The position numbers and the translations under genes are program-made. Source: Stegostoma tigrinum (lineage: Eukaryota). Taken from it: a stretch of DNA of 64,000 bases. The number at the start of each line of letters is the position of its first letter. The stretch's first letter is position 1. The stretch spans positions 9,105,628-9,169,627 of the forward strand of contig NC_081396.1 in the NCBI RefSeq assembly GCF_030684315.1, read 5' to 3'. Below are positions 37,671 to 51,000 of the stretch, piece after piece. The notes under the pieces were generated by a model. It worked only from the letters and a program-made list of their open reading frames with translations, was not told the DNA's origin and made no database searches.

Positions 37671-40600
37671 CTGCATGTAGAAGTTGTCAGGAAATCAAAT
37701 GGTAGAAGCATTACGGGGGAAAATATATTTTCTGATAAATTTCAACATCAATTCTAGCGAAATGTCTCAGCAGTCCTGAGGGACCGATTGTTCTACCTTT
37801 ACTCGTGTTACTTCGTGATCATGCCTTTATGTACGGACATGAAAAAATCTAATGATTTTGTTTTCATCAGTTGGAGCATACGACTCATATGTCGAATTGA
37901 TGCCAGGGGATGGGTCTTTTTAGAATTTTTCTTCTTTTTCGAAATGTTTGCAAGAAGTTAAAAGATTAAAAAGCCGTAAATTCAGATGCACAGATACCTG
38001 TCTTTCGCAGAAAACCATCAGATGTATTAATTGCATGCACGTTTTTCTTTTATTTCATAAACGCACAAGTCAAGTTCAATTGATAATAATTTCCATGCAG
38101 ATCTGTAGATATTCTTAAGAATTGAGCACTTTTCATAGCATCAGTGACCACCCTCATCGTCGCCATTGTTCATGACATCCTCCTGCCAGGAACCCATACA
38201 ATTGCCAAATTGCACCGACTGCAAACACGAAAACGATAGAGCAAATATCTTCCGGTGAAGGAAATATTGTTTGATACCTTAATGTTTTTAAAAAGTGCGG
38301 TTCCATCTGAAAGTTACATGTGAACTCGCCGTGACTACCACCACTGCTTTAAATTCGAAATGTTGCTCAGTTGAAAAAGCTCCCTATTTTATCGTACGTT
38401 CCACAGTGGGCCTACCGATGGAGCAGAAATTGCTAAATTACTGACTACATTTAGTGTATAGCCAACAGTTTTGGGGAGTGTAAGGTCCATTTGAACATTA
38501 AGGATTATTGTCATGCTCCGGATAATTGGGAAAAAAACTATTTTTTGACAGAAAATAAGCTAAGGCCAAACATTGTGAAGTTTCTAATGTGTATGTTTCT
38601 GCGAGAGTTTCAGTTGCCACCTGCCCCAGATAAATGTCTTTCGTTTCGCCGCCACTCTTCAACGAATGTGCAATGGTATTGACATAAAGGACAAAAGTGT
38701 TTGATTTGTCACTATTACCATGAGAAAAATTCCTTGTTAATAAAGGAGACCTGTCGTTAGTACTGCTTTAACAGCTGACAGTCAGTTGACGTGATTTACG
38801 CACTACTGCTGTATCCTGACAGGGACAGTTGTGGTCCTACTAAGTCAGTCCGAAACAGGTGCACTTCTGGTTCTGACGATAGCTTTTCATCTCCAACTGA
38901 CTCTTAGGTGGAAGAAAAAGGACAGTGCTAAAATGATTTTGTAGAAGGTGTTTCAACAGCTGCACGTAATGCTGTCACAGTATATTTACACTTCAATTGC
39001 ATTTCGTGGTGAAATCAACAAAATGATAAAGTAGTTTAATTGAGATAGAAATTGACATGGAAATATTTTCATGTGATACAGAGAATGTTGAGACGGTTAC
39101 TTGTGCTCCCAGGTAATTTAAATGAGCAAATGATATGCAGGAAACATTTTGGGGAAAACCTTCAGGAGAAAATCTTTACAGAAAGCTTTGATAATTTAGC
39201 CATTGCGTAGAATTTGGAACCTGAAACAACCTTTTTTTACGATTTCACGACCTTAAGACGTCCTAAAACGTTTTTCAGCCAAGCTTCTTTTTTCAGTCAC
39301 TGCATAATGCAATAGGAATTATTAACACAGCAAGCTGTCAAAACAACAAAATCAACAAGAACAGATACTGTCTTGCATTGGTTTCTGTTGTGGGAGAATA
39401 ATGGCTGGGGCACAGGGCTCTCCTGCCCTTCAAATGGCATCTTGGAACAATTACCTCCACCTGCGGATTATAGATTGGTCCCGCATTTGATATCGCATGC
39501 ATCAGAGAACATCGCGAACATTTTGAACGACCACCTATTGTCTTTTCGCTCCAATTCCAATGTACAAATCCGGGAATAGGAATTGATACCATGCACAGTT
39601 ATCGCATTGTGTGCTCCTCTCTCTACCAGGTGATCAATTGTTAGAAATCCATACTATAGCAGATAGCAACATGCTTCTTCATCTGGGTGTGGTCAGAAGA
39701 AAATGTGGAGCATTAGAAGAATCAGATGTGGAGATCAGAAGATTTATGAAAGGAATCCAGAGGTTATGGGTGCAATGACTGCAGAAATTACAGCAGATGA
39801 TGCCATGATGCAATTCAGGAATTGTGGGTGCATTAAGTATAGGCTTAGAGAAGGACAATGTTATGGAGTGATTTGATGAAAATAAAGAAATAGATGAGAA
39901 TTTTAAAATATTGGCATTTGTTAAATGACATACACCAGGACTGAGAGTATGGGCTTTGGGTACGTTTATCATCCTGCAAATTGGCAAAAGGTTTCTGATA
40001 TACTCGAGCTGATGAGTTCCAGCAAATGGGATGTTGATCAAGTCTGTGCTTGGTGATCACCGTGGCAGCGGTTTTAGAAGTGCATGGTGAGGTTGAGCAC
40101 TGTTATGCGAGTGAGGCATGCACAGAAATTAGAGCAGACTATGGCATTACATCACATTACATTACATTACCATAACTTGAGTCGTGTCTCCTCATTTCTC
40201 TTCAGGTTTTGTCATCAACTTCTACCAGAATATAAAATTTATTGAATTTTAATCAGCAAGGAAACAGAGATTGACATAGTGAAAGGTAGTTTTACTCTGG
40301 GAAAGTGAGTGTACCGACAAAGCCCAGGATGTGTCACGGGGTTTTAAGTCTCGGATAACATAACGCTGACAAGAAGATCAGGGGAGTGTGGTAAGATTCT
40401 TACAAGCTCGGCGACAACATTCTGCCATTTACATAATCCCTACAGTCCCTTCTTTCATTCCATCCTTTCTACCTTCCATCCATCCTTCTGTTTATGCTCA
40501 CTAATTCAATTCCTACACTGTTGATTTATAGGCCTTCAATGCTTAAATTAGCACCGTGGAGTCTTGGTGAGACCATATCTGTGCCGAAGCTTAAATTACG

Positions 40601-41193
40601 GGTCCCCTGACTTATGCAATGGTGGGTATCAGTTGACCTTTCCATCTTACACAAGGTATTGGTTGTGAATCTTTGCACCAGTGGCATATGCTGAGGTGAG
40701 CCATATTGACGTTTCCCTCCTTATTGGAGAGACAACTGCGTGCAATTTGTCCTGATTTCATTATCGTTTGGATTCATCTTTTGTAGATTGTGTAAATAAA
40801 AAAGAGTAAGACTTGTCTTTACATGGCAAATTTCACGATTTCAGGATTTCACAATGCGGGACCACATTTCGCATTAAAGCTGTGTTTGGAGGGAGTACTC
40901 AATTAAATGTAGTTCCAGAGGCTTTGCTGCACTTCTTGAAATACAGCACGAATCTTAAACGTGCACTAGAGGCAATAAATGAGGTCCAGTTTCACACTTC
41001 GTTCAAATAATCTTTCAGCACTTCACCGAAAAGCCATCTGAAGTTATCGGCACAAATCTCAGCGTTTGAATCGAAAACGTGTTAATTCTGTGCGAAGAGT
41101 GGCCCCTCTGATCTACAGTCGTAAGGGATTGACAGGATTACCAGGCCTGGATGAGGCTGAGAATTCATGAAGGGCACCTCACTCAGAACTGAT

Positions 41194-41232
41194 AGTTTTT
41201 GTACCAGTGCCAAGGATACATGTATCATGATG
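41194..41232 (-). other. V(D)J recombination signal sequence, 23-bp spacer, with defective heptamer
   Basis: Minus strand: CATCATG (heptamer, consensus CACAGTG) + 23 nt + ACAAAAACT (nonamer, consensus ACAAAAACC), directly after the YYCAAVK codons. Confidence 0.9.
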
Positions 41233-41540
41233 CTTCACAGCCGCACAGTAATACATGGCCAAGTCAGACACTTGGGTGTCCACGATATTTCAAGGAACGT
41301 TTGTGTTCTTTCTGTCCTGTACGGCTGAAAACCGCTTCGCAAAACTCATTGCGGTGTGTTCATTACCAGACGTGTGTCTGCCCAGCATGTACTGAAGGCC
41401 TTTTCCCGAGTACTGCACATACCAGAACAGATCAGCGGCTATGTATGTCATGGGGTACTTACAGGACAGCGCCACAGTCTCTCCCTCACTCACTGATACT
41501 ACTGGTGGCGTTTGGGAAAGTTCGTTCTGTTGGCAGGGCT
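41233..41540 (-). pseudogene. T-cell receptor alpha/delta-type variable (V) exon, pseudogene
   Basis: Acceptor tcttttccag|AG, then PCQQNELSQTPPVVSVSEGETVALSCKY...LFWYVQYSGKGLQYML...FAKRFSAVQDRKNTNVP*NIVDTQVSDLAMYYCAAVK. Both V-set Cys and the Trp are present; in-frame TGA at 41290-41292; followed by a 23-RSS. Confidence 0.9.
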
Positions 41541-41818
41541 CTGGAAAAGAAATAGTTACAAACGTAACTTTTACAGGTACCTTTTTATTTCAGTTTCGAT
41601 GAAGTACCTAATTGCCATCTCTTCCAGCATTCAACTACACAGTGAAGGTCTTTGCCCTCGTTTTGCTCATCCTGGACTATGTTGTTAAGCCGAGAGAGCA
41701 TGTCAAGTGGGATTATTCCTTCCTGCAAATCTCCCATTGTGACAGCAACAGGCCTGCTACTTTGAATAGTAACAGACACTGACACCTGATCAAAGCCCCA
41801 GGAAATTTGTATCCATAA

Positions 41819-41867
41819 CAGATATAAATATAAAAGAAAGAAGATGAACAGTGAAAATAACAAGCAT
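41819..41867 (-). pseudogene. Leader (signal peptide) exon of the V segment, MLVIFTVHLLSFIFIS+G, with mutated splice donor
   Basis: 49-nt hydrophobic ORF whose phase matches the V exon; the donor reads G|ttatgg instead of G|gt. Confidence 0.7.
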
Positions 41868-42279
41868 GCTAACAATACAATCTGGCAAAATACCTATTCG
41901 GCAGAAGCATTCTGAGGAATAAAAACACTTTCACAGTCACTGGTTTGGTCCAGCACACACTCAGTTGTCGAGAAGAAACGTTCATATTGTTTTCTTAATC
42001 AATTCTCTTGTCTTCTGCACAGGTATGTGCTGGTGTTCTGTTAGCTTTCACAAGGATATAAACACGCACTTCATAGACGATATGGACATCACACCATTTA
42101 TTTGGCAACCCAGCAGCTGATAAGCACCATGGAGGAAGTGTTGGGAAGAACAAACAACGTGAACAAATCAGAAGAAACTTCATCATTCCATCTGCACCCG
42201 AGCCTCAATGGTGACTTTCTCTCAGTGCCATCATTTTGATAAAGTTAAGTAAAGACTGTTTTCCTTATTTTTGTTATCA

Positions 42280-42920
42280 TTAGCCATTTAGCAGACATTG
42301 GCGACAATTTCAATGGAAGCATTTATTGACCATCCCTAACTGCCCTACAAAAGGTGGGAAGCCGAATTCTTGATAGACCGTTGTCCTTGACACACACCCA
42401 ATATGGACAACACCATAAAGAACGGGGATCCACTACTCTGACTTCCAGAGAGTGAAGGGACGGAATCTGCCACCTTTATCAGTCTCCTTGGTGAAGGCGA
42501 TGGTTCTGGAAAGTTCTCCGAGGGATACTTCGTAAGTTTCCACAATCTATTTTACCGTTGGTAAACTCTGCCATCATTGAATAGGGTGGGGGAATGTTTG
42601 CGGATCAGAGGCCAATCAAGCGGCTTGCTTTCACTTCGATTGTGTCGAGCTTCATGAGTTCTGATGCAACTAAGCACGTCCAGGCAAGTGAAGAGTATTT
42701 AATCACATTTCTCACTGATGCACTGATGACGGTATAGAGTCTTTGGGCAGACTGGTTTGATGTGCTGCCTGTAGCACTCGTCGCTGCTGACACATTTTGT
42801 CTGTGTTACAATATTCATAGAGCTTGCCCAATTCAGGTTCTGGATGATGTCACCCACCCACGGGACTTTGATTGTGGGAGACGGAGTGTTGGCAATGCCA
42901 TTGACTGCCAAGAAAAGAGC
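42280..42920 (-). mobile_element. L2/CR1-group LINE 3' fragment, decayed
   Basis: VRNVIKYSSLAW...KLDTIEVKASRLIG RT C-terminal remnant. Confidence 0.65.
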
Positions 42921-43069
42921 GCAAGGTTCTCTTAATTTTCAGAAAGTCATTTACAATCCTTCTGGTGGTATTAAATTTGCCTCCCATTTTTCAGACCAAC
43001 ATTGTTATTTTCCCATTCTCACTGTCTTTACATGTCAGATGCTTCATAGCCTGATGAGTCAGGAGAGAA

Positions 43070-44040
43070 AGACATGGAAGCCAAGGATTCCAGTGGGGAT
43101 GGTGATGCTCTGGAAAATGTTAACATTTATAAAGAGCAGGTTTTATATATTTTAGATGGTATAAAGGTGCACAAATCCACATGGCGTGGAGAGATGTATC
43201 CGCAGGCTTCTTTGGGAAGCAAGGGAGGAGATTTCTGTGCCCCTAGCGGAGATATTTGCTAATTCCTTTATACAAGAAGTGAGGCAGGGATAGGCTAGGT
43301 AACTACAGACAGGTAATTCTGACAGCAATGGCAGGGATCACGTTGGTAAAAAGTTATGAGGGACAAAATTAATCAACACATGAAAAAGCGGGGACTGATC
43401 AGGGATAGTCGGCATGGATTTGTTAGTAGGCATCCTGTCTGACTGAATTAATCGAGTTTATATTTGACAGGTAGTAGTGCCATTGATGTGCCTACATGGA
43501 CAATGTCCTAGGTAGAGATTTAGTCTAAAAGGTAAGGATTCAAGGCGAGTTGGCAAATTGGTTCCAAAATCACCTTCCAAGCAGGAGGCAAAGGATAATG
43601 GGAGAGAGATGCCTTTGACCAGTGGGGTACAACATGAAACAGTGTTGGCTGAAACTGTTGTTCATTGTATGCATAAATGACTTGTTGTGAATGTAGAAGG
43701 CATAACGAGCAAGCTTGCAGATGACAAGAAAACTGGTATTGTTGTTAATACTGAGGAGGATGGTCTCAGGCTATAGTCTGATACTGAGCAGCTGATAAAT
43801 TGAACATCGGCGAATGACACACAGGAAAAAAAATCCTGCCGAGAGTATTTGGGCCTTAGAATGCATTTATAATAGTATGATGCATGGGAATTCAGCGACT
43901 TAGAAAGGAAATTGGATCGATCACTGAAGAAGTGCAATTTGCAAGAATGTCTTGAGAGATCTGAAGCATTGTTCTATAAAAGAGCCGATGCAAACATAAT
44001 ACTTTGAATACCCCCCTTTGTGTTCTGCAATCTGTCATTC
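43070..44040 (+). mobile_element. Old CR1 ORF2 remnant
   Basis: ALENVNIYKEQVL..IKVHKS, a gatagtcggcatggattt (DSQHGF) remnant and a gcttgcagatgac (FADD) remnant. Confidence 0.75.
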
Positions 44041-46383
44041 TATAAAACGAGCAGTGCTAAAATTCGATTATTTAATTGCATTGGGGGCATATCTAAACCT
44101 CAATGTGCAGTCATTCAATAATTGTTTTCACCAGCATGGTACCAAGCCATGGTAATCATATTGAGGTTGTCAGCAATGTCAATATCCCATCAGAGTTTTG
44201 ATCATGGAACACTGAGCTCCCAATCACGAATTCAACATCATGTGACAAATGCATTATTTCCTGAGTTTTTACAGAAGGGACGTCAGAATATTGCAGGGCT
44301 CAGCTAGAAATTTGGGGACCTAAGTAGATAATAGCATATTCATAAGTTTTATTGCATGTGTATTTCAAGTTGTGCATTCACTTCATCATTGTGTTCAAAC
44401 AATATTGCAAAGCCTGTAATATTCACACTCTCCAATTTCATTGTGTCAGACTCAAATGGTTTTCATTCCCATCATTGGCTGACTGAAAGCATTTTTTTTC
44501 GAAACGTTATTTTGCTTAAATCACTACACCAAGATTTACAAGTATTTTTCTGATGTAGTGTCACTTCCTTCACTTGGTTTTTCTCTGAATAGTTTTTACA
44601 ATTTTTTTGTTTCTACAAAACACCTTGAGAAACCAATGTTTTTCTTGCTGTCTCAGCAACATAGATTTCCAAAATGACTTTTCAGATTGAATTACCAGTT
44701 TACCACGAGCAATGATTGCTGATATTGCATTTCAAACTCCACCCAGACATACTGATTAAAATAAATCCACAGGTTATCCTCTTTTGCAGTAGCAATGATA
44801 ATGCTACTTCAATTTAGAAATGGATATTTGCAGATAAATCGATCGATGTTAAAATTACTGTTCACTGAGTTGCAAGATCTTTCAACCTGCAGTTATTAAT
44901 GTGCTCATTTTCATGAATAGCCGATATCTAACTATGCTTGGGAATTCTTTCCTCTCGCCTTTGAGGTGCTATTAATCAGATTGACACCAGTGGAAAGCAC
45001 AGCTTGAATGTAAAATTGATAACATCAGTCCAGAAGAGAAACGTGTAGCTTATTACACCACGTTTAAAAATATGAATTTTTTTGTTAAGTAAAAGTGAAG
45101 ATGCAGAGTACGTTTTACAATGACAGAAGTCGGAGGAATGTTGGCATTCAGAGGCACCTGGCAGGGTCAATTACTCAAATCATTGGAAATGTATTTTCAG
45201 AAACAACACAAACACAAACACCTACCAGTCGGTAGATAGAATTAACTAAGAACAAGCTTGCACTTTGTTATTGTCACTTGGGTGATTCTTAATCAAGAGA
45301 AAATCAAAATGATGTTCATTCTATGTATCAATGCAACTGTTTATTGATCAAATTTTATTGCCCACTGCCCAACACTCTCTGGATCATTTCTTCTGCTTGC
45401 ATTGCGTCATTATTTATACATCACAAATAAATATCATTTCCATATCCCGTGCACCAATCTTTGAACTAAATTGTGTACACAATTATTTCTGCAGAGACCC
45501 CATATAGTCAGGAAATAAAATCACATCGCGACGCTCTCTATAAAACAATTCAGAACAATTTCCACCTCCTCGCAATTTCACCACATCTTTATCCAACTTT
45601 TAAATTACTTCAATCTTGCCCCTCACGTTAACAACCTATTTTATTAGTCGATGCATCCTCCCATGCAGACCTCGGATAAAGGCAATGTCAATAGTTTGGT
45701 ATTCTCAATGGCGGAATATGTAGAAATAAAATTACATTATTTCCAAGCTAATCCAGATCAGAGACATTATGAGGTATCACAACACAAAGCAATCCTAAGA
45801 CATTGGGATCTTCAACACCAGAAAAGATAAATAGGATTAAATCACTCACATAAATAATTTTTCAGCTTGAATGCATAAAAGAAAAGAGAAAGCTTCTGAT
45901 GCTCAGGCACAAGTTAAGGTCCAAGCCCTTTTCTATTGTGTGGAGGACCATGATTGAAAATTCATGAAGAATCATGCCTGAGGAAACAGTAATGTATTAC
46001 AGGAACAGTCAGGGCAAATTCCAGTAAATTGGCGTATTTCTGTCGACAGGAGAGCCACCAGCTGGTATATTTGGTAGTTGGTCTATTGTGTAGGGAGGTC
46101 ATCTGTCAATAAGTGGTTTACTCAACGGCACAACCAGATTACAAGTTAGTAGAATGCAGTATGTTTCTTTCTGGTACAGGCAGGCCTTTTTTACATAAAG
46201 ACATTGTGACATGAGCAATCCCATTGCAACAGGCAGACTTTCAATAACCAGACATTTATAGTCATGCCAATGAAGTTATGATCATTTAAAAGTTCACAAA
46301 AGAGATTAAATTTGCAGCCATCATGCATAGAATGTTTTCAATGTATAACAGGGCATTTCAGAAAACAGAATTGAACTTTGTTT

Positions 46384-47288
46384 TCAATTTTTGCACAATT
46401 TAGCAATTAGACTCAATGGGCATATCACCATAATATTTAATTGCTCTCTGAACTTACGTTGTGTTACTGCATAAATAAATGAGTTTGTGCAACTGCTTAA
46501 AAGCTGAAGCATATTTCCACTTTCCTTAAAAATAAATTTGGGGTCATCAAAGCCATCTATGATGTAATTCTTTGCAAATCGATGCCAAAGAAACTCCACG
46601 ACATATGTCATCCAGAACACGATGAAAGCACCAGATATTGTAAATAGTAAAATGATAGACTTTCTGCGGCTCTCCATCTCTTGATCAATCGTATTTTCTC
46701 CATTGCTTTGGGTACAGAGTCTTTTCCGGGCTCTACTTGCTATCAGAATGTGTCTAACAGTCACCGCATTAAACAAAACAATCAGAAAGAATGGGAGACA
46801 AGGAGTTACAATATGATCAAACCAATCAAATGCCGTCCATAGAGGTGAAGTATAACGTATGTTCTTCTGCCTACAATACCATGGTGTGTTGTCAATTACA
46901 TAAATTGATTCATGCATAAAATACCAGGGGATATTCATTAAAAAAGCTAGCGCACAAACCATTCCTATGATGACAGTTGCTGTTTTTTCAGTGCAATATT
47001 TAGTTTTCAGTTTCAAACAACAAATGGCCACAAGTCGATCAAATGTGAATGTCACAGTTAACCATACAGAACTGTTCCTGCATGCATATATTAGTGCAAT
47101 ACTGAAACTGCACACTGGGGTAATGAACATGAAATTACCGGGAAAGTAAATAGCTGGAATTCGATTTAATATCACTGCAGTGATAATGACCAGGAGATCC
47201 GTCACGGCCATAAACACCAGATACCTCGTCATGCATCTGGAGAGTCCGCACCTTCCTCTGGACAGGATCACAATCGCCATTAAATTAA
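46384..47288 (-). CDS. Class A GPCR, GPR139/GPR142-like, gene 2, exon 2 (joins exon 1 at 55628-55697; 324 aa total)
   Basis: Acceptor gtctttcag|TT AAT, then an open frame to TGA. Motifs MAVTD, TPVC (Cys3.25), FTFDRLVAICC, PWYC, TPCLPF, TNSFIY and KFREQL. Confidence 0.93.
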
Positions 47289-47399
47289 CTGAAAGACAAT
47301 GAAATCATGTTGTACAATTTGTTTGTCACCAAAAAATGCTCATTACGCCTGGTGTACATTTATAAATCATTTTTATTTTGAGTCTTTGTTAGAGAATGC

Positions 47400-47850
47400 T
47401 AGATTGAAACAACGTGGAAACAGACCCTTCAATCCCACTTGGCCTCACTGAACATGTTACCAAAGTAAACTATTTCCAATTGCCTGCACTTGTCTTATAT
47501 CCTTCCAAACCTTTCGTACTCATGAACTTCTCTAAATGTTTTTTAAAAGCTGTAACTATACCTGCAATCACCACTTTCTCTGGCTGTTCATTCCAGACAC
47601 ACAAAAAAAATTGGTAGGTAAAAGAGTTGGGTGTCATTCATTTTTGAATCTTTCTCCTCCTACTTTAAAAGTATGCTGCCTAGTTTTGAACTCTCCCACC
47701 AGAGGGAAAACTCACTTGTGCTTCACTTCATCTATGCTCCTCGTGGTTTATAAACTCGGTTAAGGGCACCCCTCAACCCTCTGTTGTCGAGTGAAAAAAG
47801 TCCAGGATTTTCCCATTATATTTATATATCTCAAACCCTGCATTGTCAGC
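47400..47850 (-). mobile_element. CR1 3' fragment in the intron of GPCR gene 2
   Basis: Reverse-strand 3' UTR and C-terminal motifs like those of the other CR1 ends. Confidence 0.75.
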
Positions 47851-48059
47851 ATTGAATAGCAGAACAAGCTGTTGGAGATCGAGGATATCCTTTGTAACTG
47901 TGATCAAATGTGAAATCTTTCCTACTTGAAACGATAGAAACAGATACCCCATTATAAGCAGCTGTCATACTTCACAGGCATCTGGAGAATGCATCACGAC
48001 AACTGAGAGGGAAAGAAGCACAATCAAAACGAATTCAAATTTACAAGTTGAATAAATGA

Positions 48060-51000
48060 ACAAATGAAAAAGTACAGCACAGGAATATGCCCTTTGTATC
48101 TCCAAGCCCGTGCCAATGATCATGCCTTAATTACTCTAAAAAGAAACATGCCATTTCCCAATCTATATCCCTCTATTATCACCCTATTCAAGTACCCATC
48201 AAGGTGCATCTTAAATGAGCTTGTCTTCAATAAGCCTGCTTCCACCACCTCTTCTGGTAGTGCAGGTTCTCCAGTCTGCTACCACACTGCATGAAAAGCC
48301 TCCCCCGCACATGTTCCTTAAAAATTCTCCCACTGAACTTGAAGCTATGCCCCCTTGTAATAGAAACTGCAAAACTGTGAAATGCCATCTGATTACCCAC
48401 CCTATCTGTGCTTCTCATACTTTTGTAGAACTCTGTCGGGTCTCTTCTCAGCTTCCGTCTCTCCAGAGAAAACAATCCGAGTGTTTTTAACCATTCCACA
48501 TAGTTAATGCCCTGCAGACCATGGAAAATTCCTGGTGAGCCTTGTCTAGATTCTCTCAAAAGGTTTGATAGAACATAGAAGAGAGAACACTACAACGCAG
48601 AACAGGCCCTTTGGCTCTCGATGTTGCGCTGGCCTGTGAACTAATCTAAGCCCATCCCCCGACACTATCCCATCATCATCCATATGCTTATCCAAGGACT
48701 GTTTAAATGCCCCTAATGTGGCTGAATTCACTACGTTGGCAGGCAGGGCGTTCCAGACCCTTACCACTCTCTGAGTAAAGTACCTGCCTCTGACATCTGT
48801 CTTAAATCTAACACCCTTTCACATCCTTCTGGCAGTGTGGTGACCCACACTGCATACAATACGCCAAAAGCGGCTGAAAGATGGTTTTATATAGCTGCAA
48901 CATGTCTTGCCAACTTTTGGACTCCATACCCCGGAAGCTGAAGGCGAGCATGCCATGTGCCTTCTTAATAAACTTGGCCACCTGTGTTTCCACTTTCAAG
49001 GAACTGTGTTCGTGCATCCTGAGGTCCATCTTAATATTAGTTCTCCTAATTGTTCTGCCATTTACAAAATAAGACACACTTAAATTTGATCATGCCAAAT
49101 GCATCACCTCGTATTTGCCTGGATTAAACTCCTTCTGCCATTTCTGTGCCCAAGTCGCTAATCTGTCTCCATCCTGTTGTTTCCTTTCTCATTTTCTGGC
49201 ACAACCAGCAACTCCACCAATCTTTGAGTCATCAGTAAACTTGCTTATTAGGCCAGGCACATTTTCCGCCAGATCACTTATATGCAACTCAAAGAACAAA
49301 GTACCTGGGATCGATCATTGTGGAACACCACTCGATACCGATCTCCATTCTGAAAAACATTCTTCTGTCATTACCCTCTGTCTCCTATGACCGTGCCAGC
49401 TTTCTTCCATCTAGCTAGGCTACCCTGAATCCCTTGTGATTTTTGGTTTAGTAAATGCCACACTAAAATCCATATAAACTAAACCCACAGCCCTTCCATC
49501 ATCAATTATCTTTGTTAGCTCCTCCAAAAAATTCAGTCATGTTGGTGAAACATAACCTTTCCTGGAGTAAACTATTCTGCCTGTCACTCACTCGTCCGTT
49601 TTCCTCCAAATGGACATATATCACGTCCCTCAGTATTTTCTCCAAGACTTCCTCACCACAGATGCCATGCTCACTGGTCTATAGTTTCCTGAATTATCCC
49701 GACATCCTTTCTTAAACAAGAGAACAACATTCGCTAATCTCCAATCCTCTGCATCTTCACCTGTGGTCAACGAGGATGTGAAGATATCTGCCAATACCCC
49801 AGCCATCTCTGCCCTTGCCTCTCTGGGGAACCTGGGACAGATCCTGTCTAGTCCTGGGGACCTGCCTATCTTAATGCAGGCTAGAATTTCCAAAACTTCC
49901 TCTTTCAGTATGTTGACATTCTCTAGAGTATTCAAACTCATACCTGACCTCAACATTAAGCATGGCCTTCTACTTAATGAAAACTGACACAAAGTACTCA
50001 TTCAGGATCTCCTCCACTACGTATGGCTCTATGTTTTACTTGACTTCTTTGTCCTTGAGTAGGCCTGCTTTTTTCTTGTTACCCTCTTTCTCCTAACATA
50101 TGAATAAAAATCCTTGGGATTCTTCATGACCCTGTTTGCTAAAGACATTTTATGGCCTATTTTTGCTTTCCTAATTGTACATTCAGGCTCCTTCCCAATT
50201 TCTCTGTACTTGTCCAGGGCTTTGTCAGTTTATTGCTGCCTGGATTTTTCACATGCTTCCATTTTTCTTTTGACAAACCTCCCAATCTCATTTGTCATTC
50301 ATTGTCCTGAATAGTGCCATTCCTTATCCTTAGTTTTGCCGGGATGCACATTTCCTGCACTTAAGTCAATTGGTCTTTAAAAGCCTCCCACATGCCAGAG
50401 GCAGATTGGCCTTCAAATAACTGCTTCCAATCCATATTCTCCAGTTCCTGTCAAATTTGAGTGTAACTGGCTCTTGCCCATTTAAGCAGCCTCACTGGAG
50501 TGCTACTTTCATTTTCCATGACTTCTCGAAATCTTATGAAGTTATGGTCACTAAGCCTGAAATGGTCCCCTTCTGAAATATCAATCACCTGTCCTGGCTC
50601 ATTCCTGAGGACAGAGTCTGATATGGCCTCCATTCTGCTTGGATTGTCAACATCGTGCCTCAGATAGGTCTCCTGGACAGAATTAACAAATTGGTCTCCA
50701 TCCGAGCCCCTGGTTCTCGGGAAATCCCAGTCCAAAAAGGGACAGTTGAAATCATCCACCTGCTACCCTGCTCTTTTCACACTTTTCTAGTATCTACAAA
50801 TCTGCTTGTCTGTCTCCCATGGGCCATTGGTCGGTCTGTGGAAAACTTCCAATATTGTCATTTCATCCTTCCTGCTCCTGAGCTCAACCCATCATGCCTC
50901 AATACATGATCCCTCCAAAGTGCTCTCCCTCAACACTTCTGCGATGTGATCCCTAATCAGCTGTGCAACTCACCCACCCCTTCTGTTGCCCTATTTCTCC

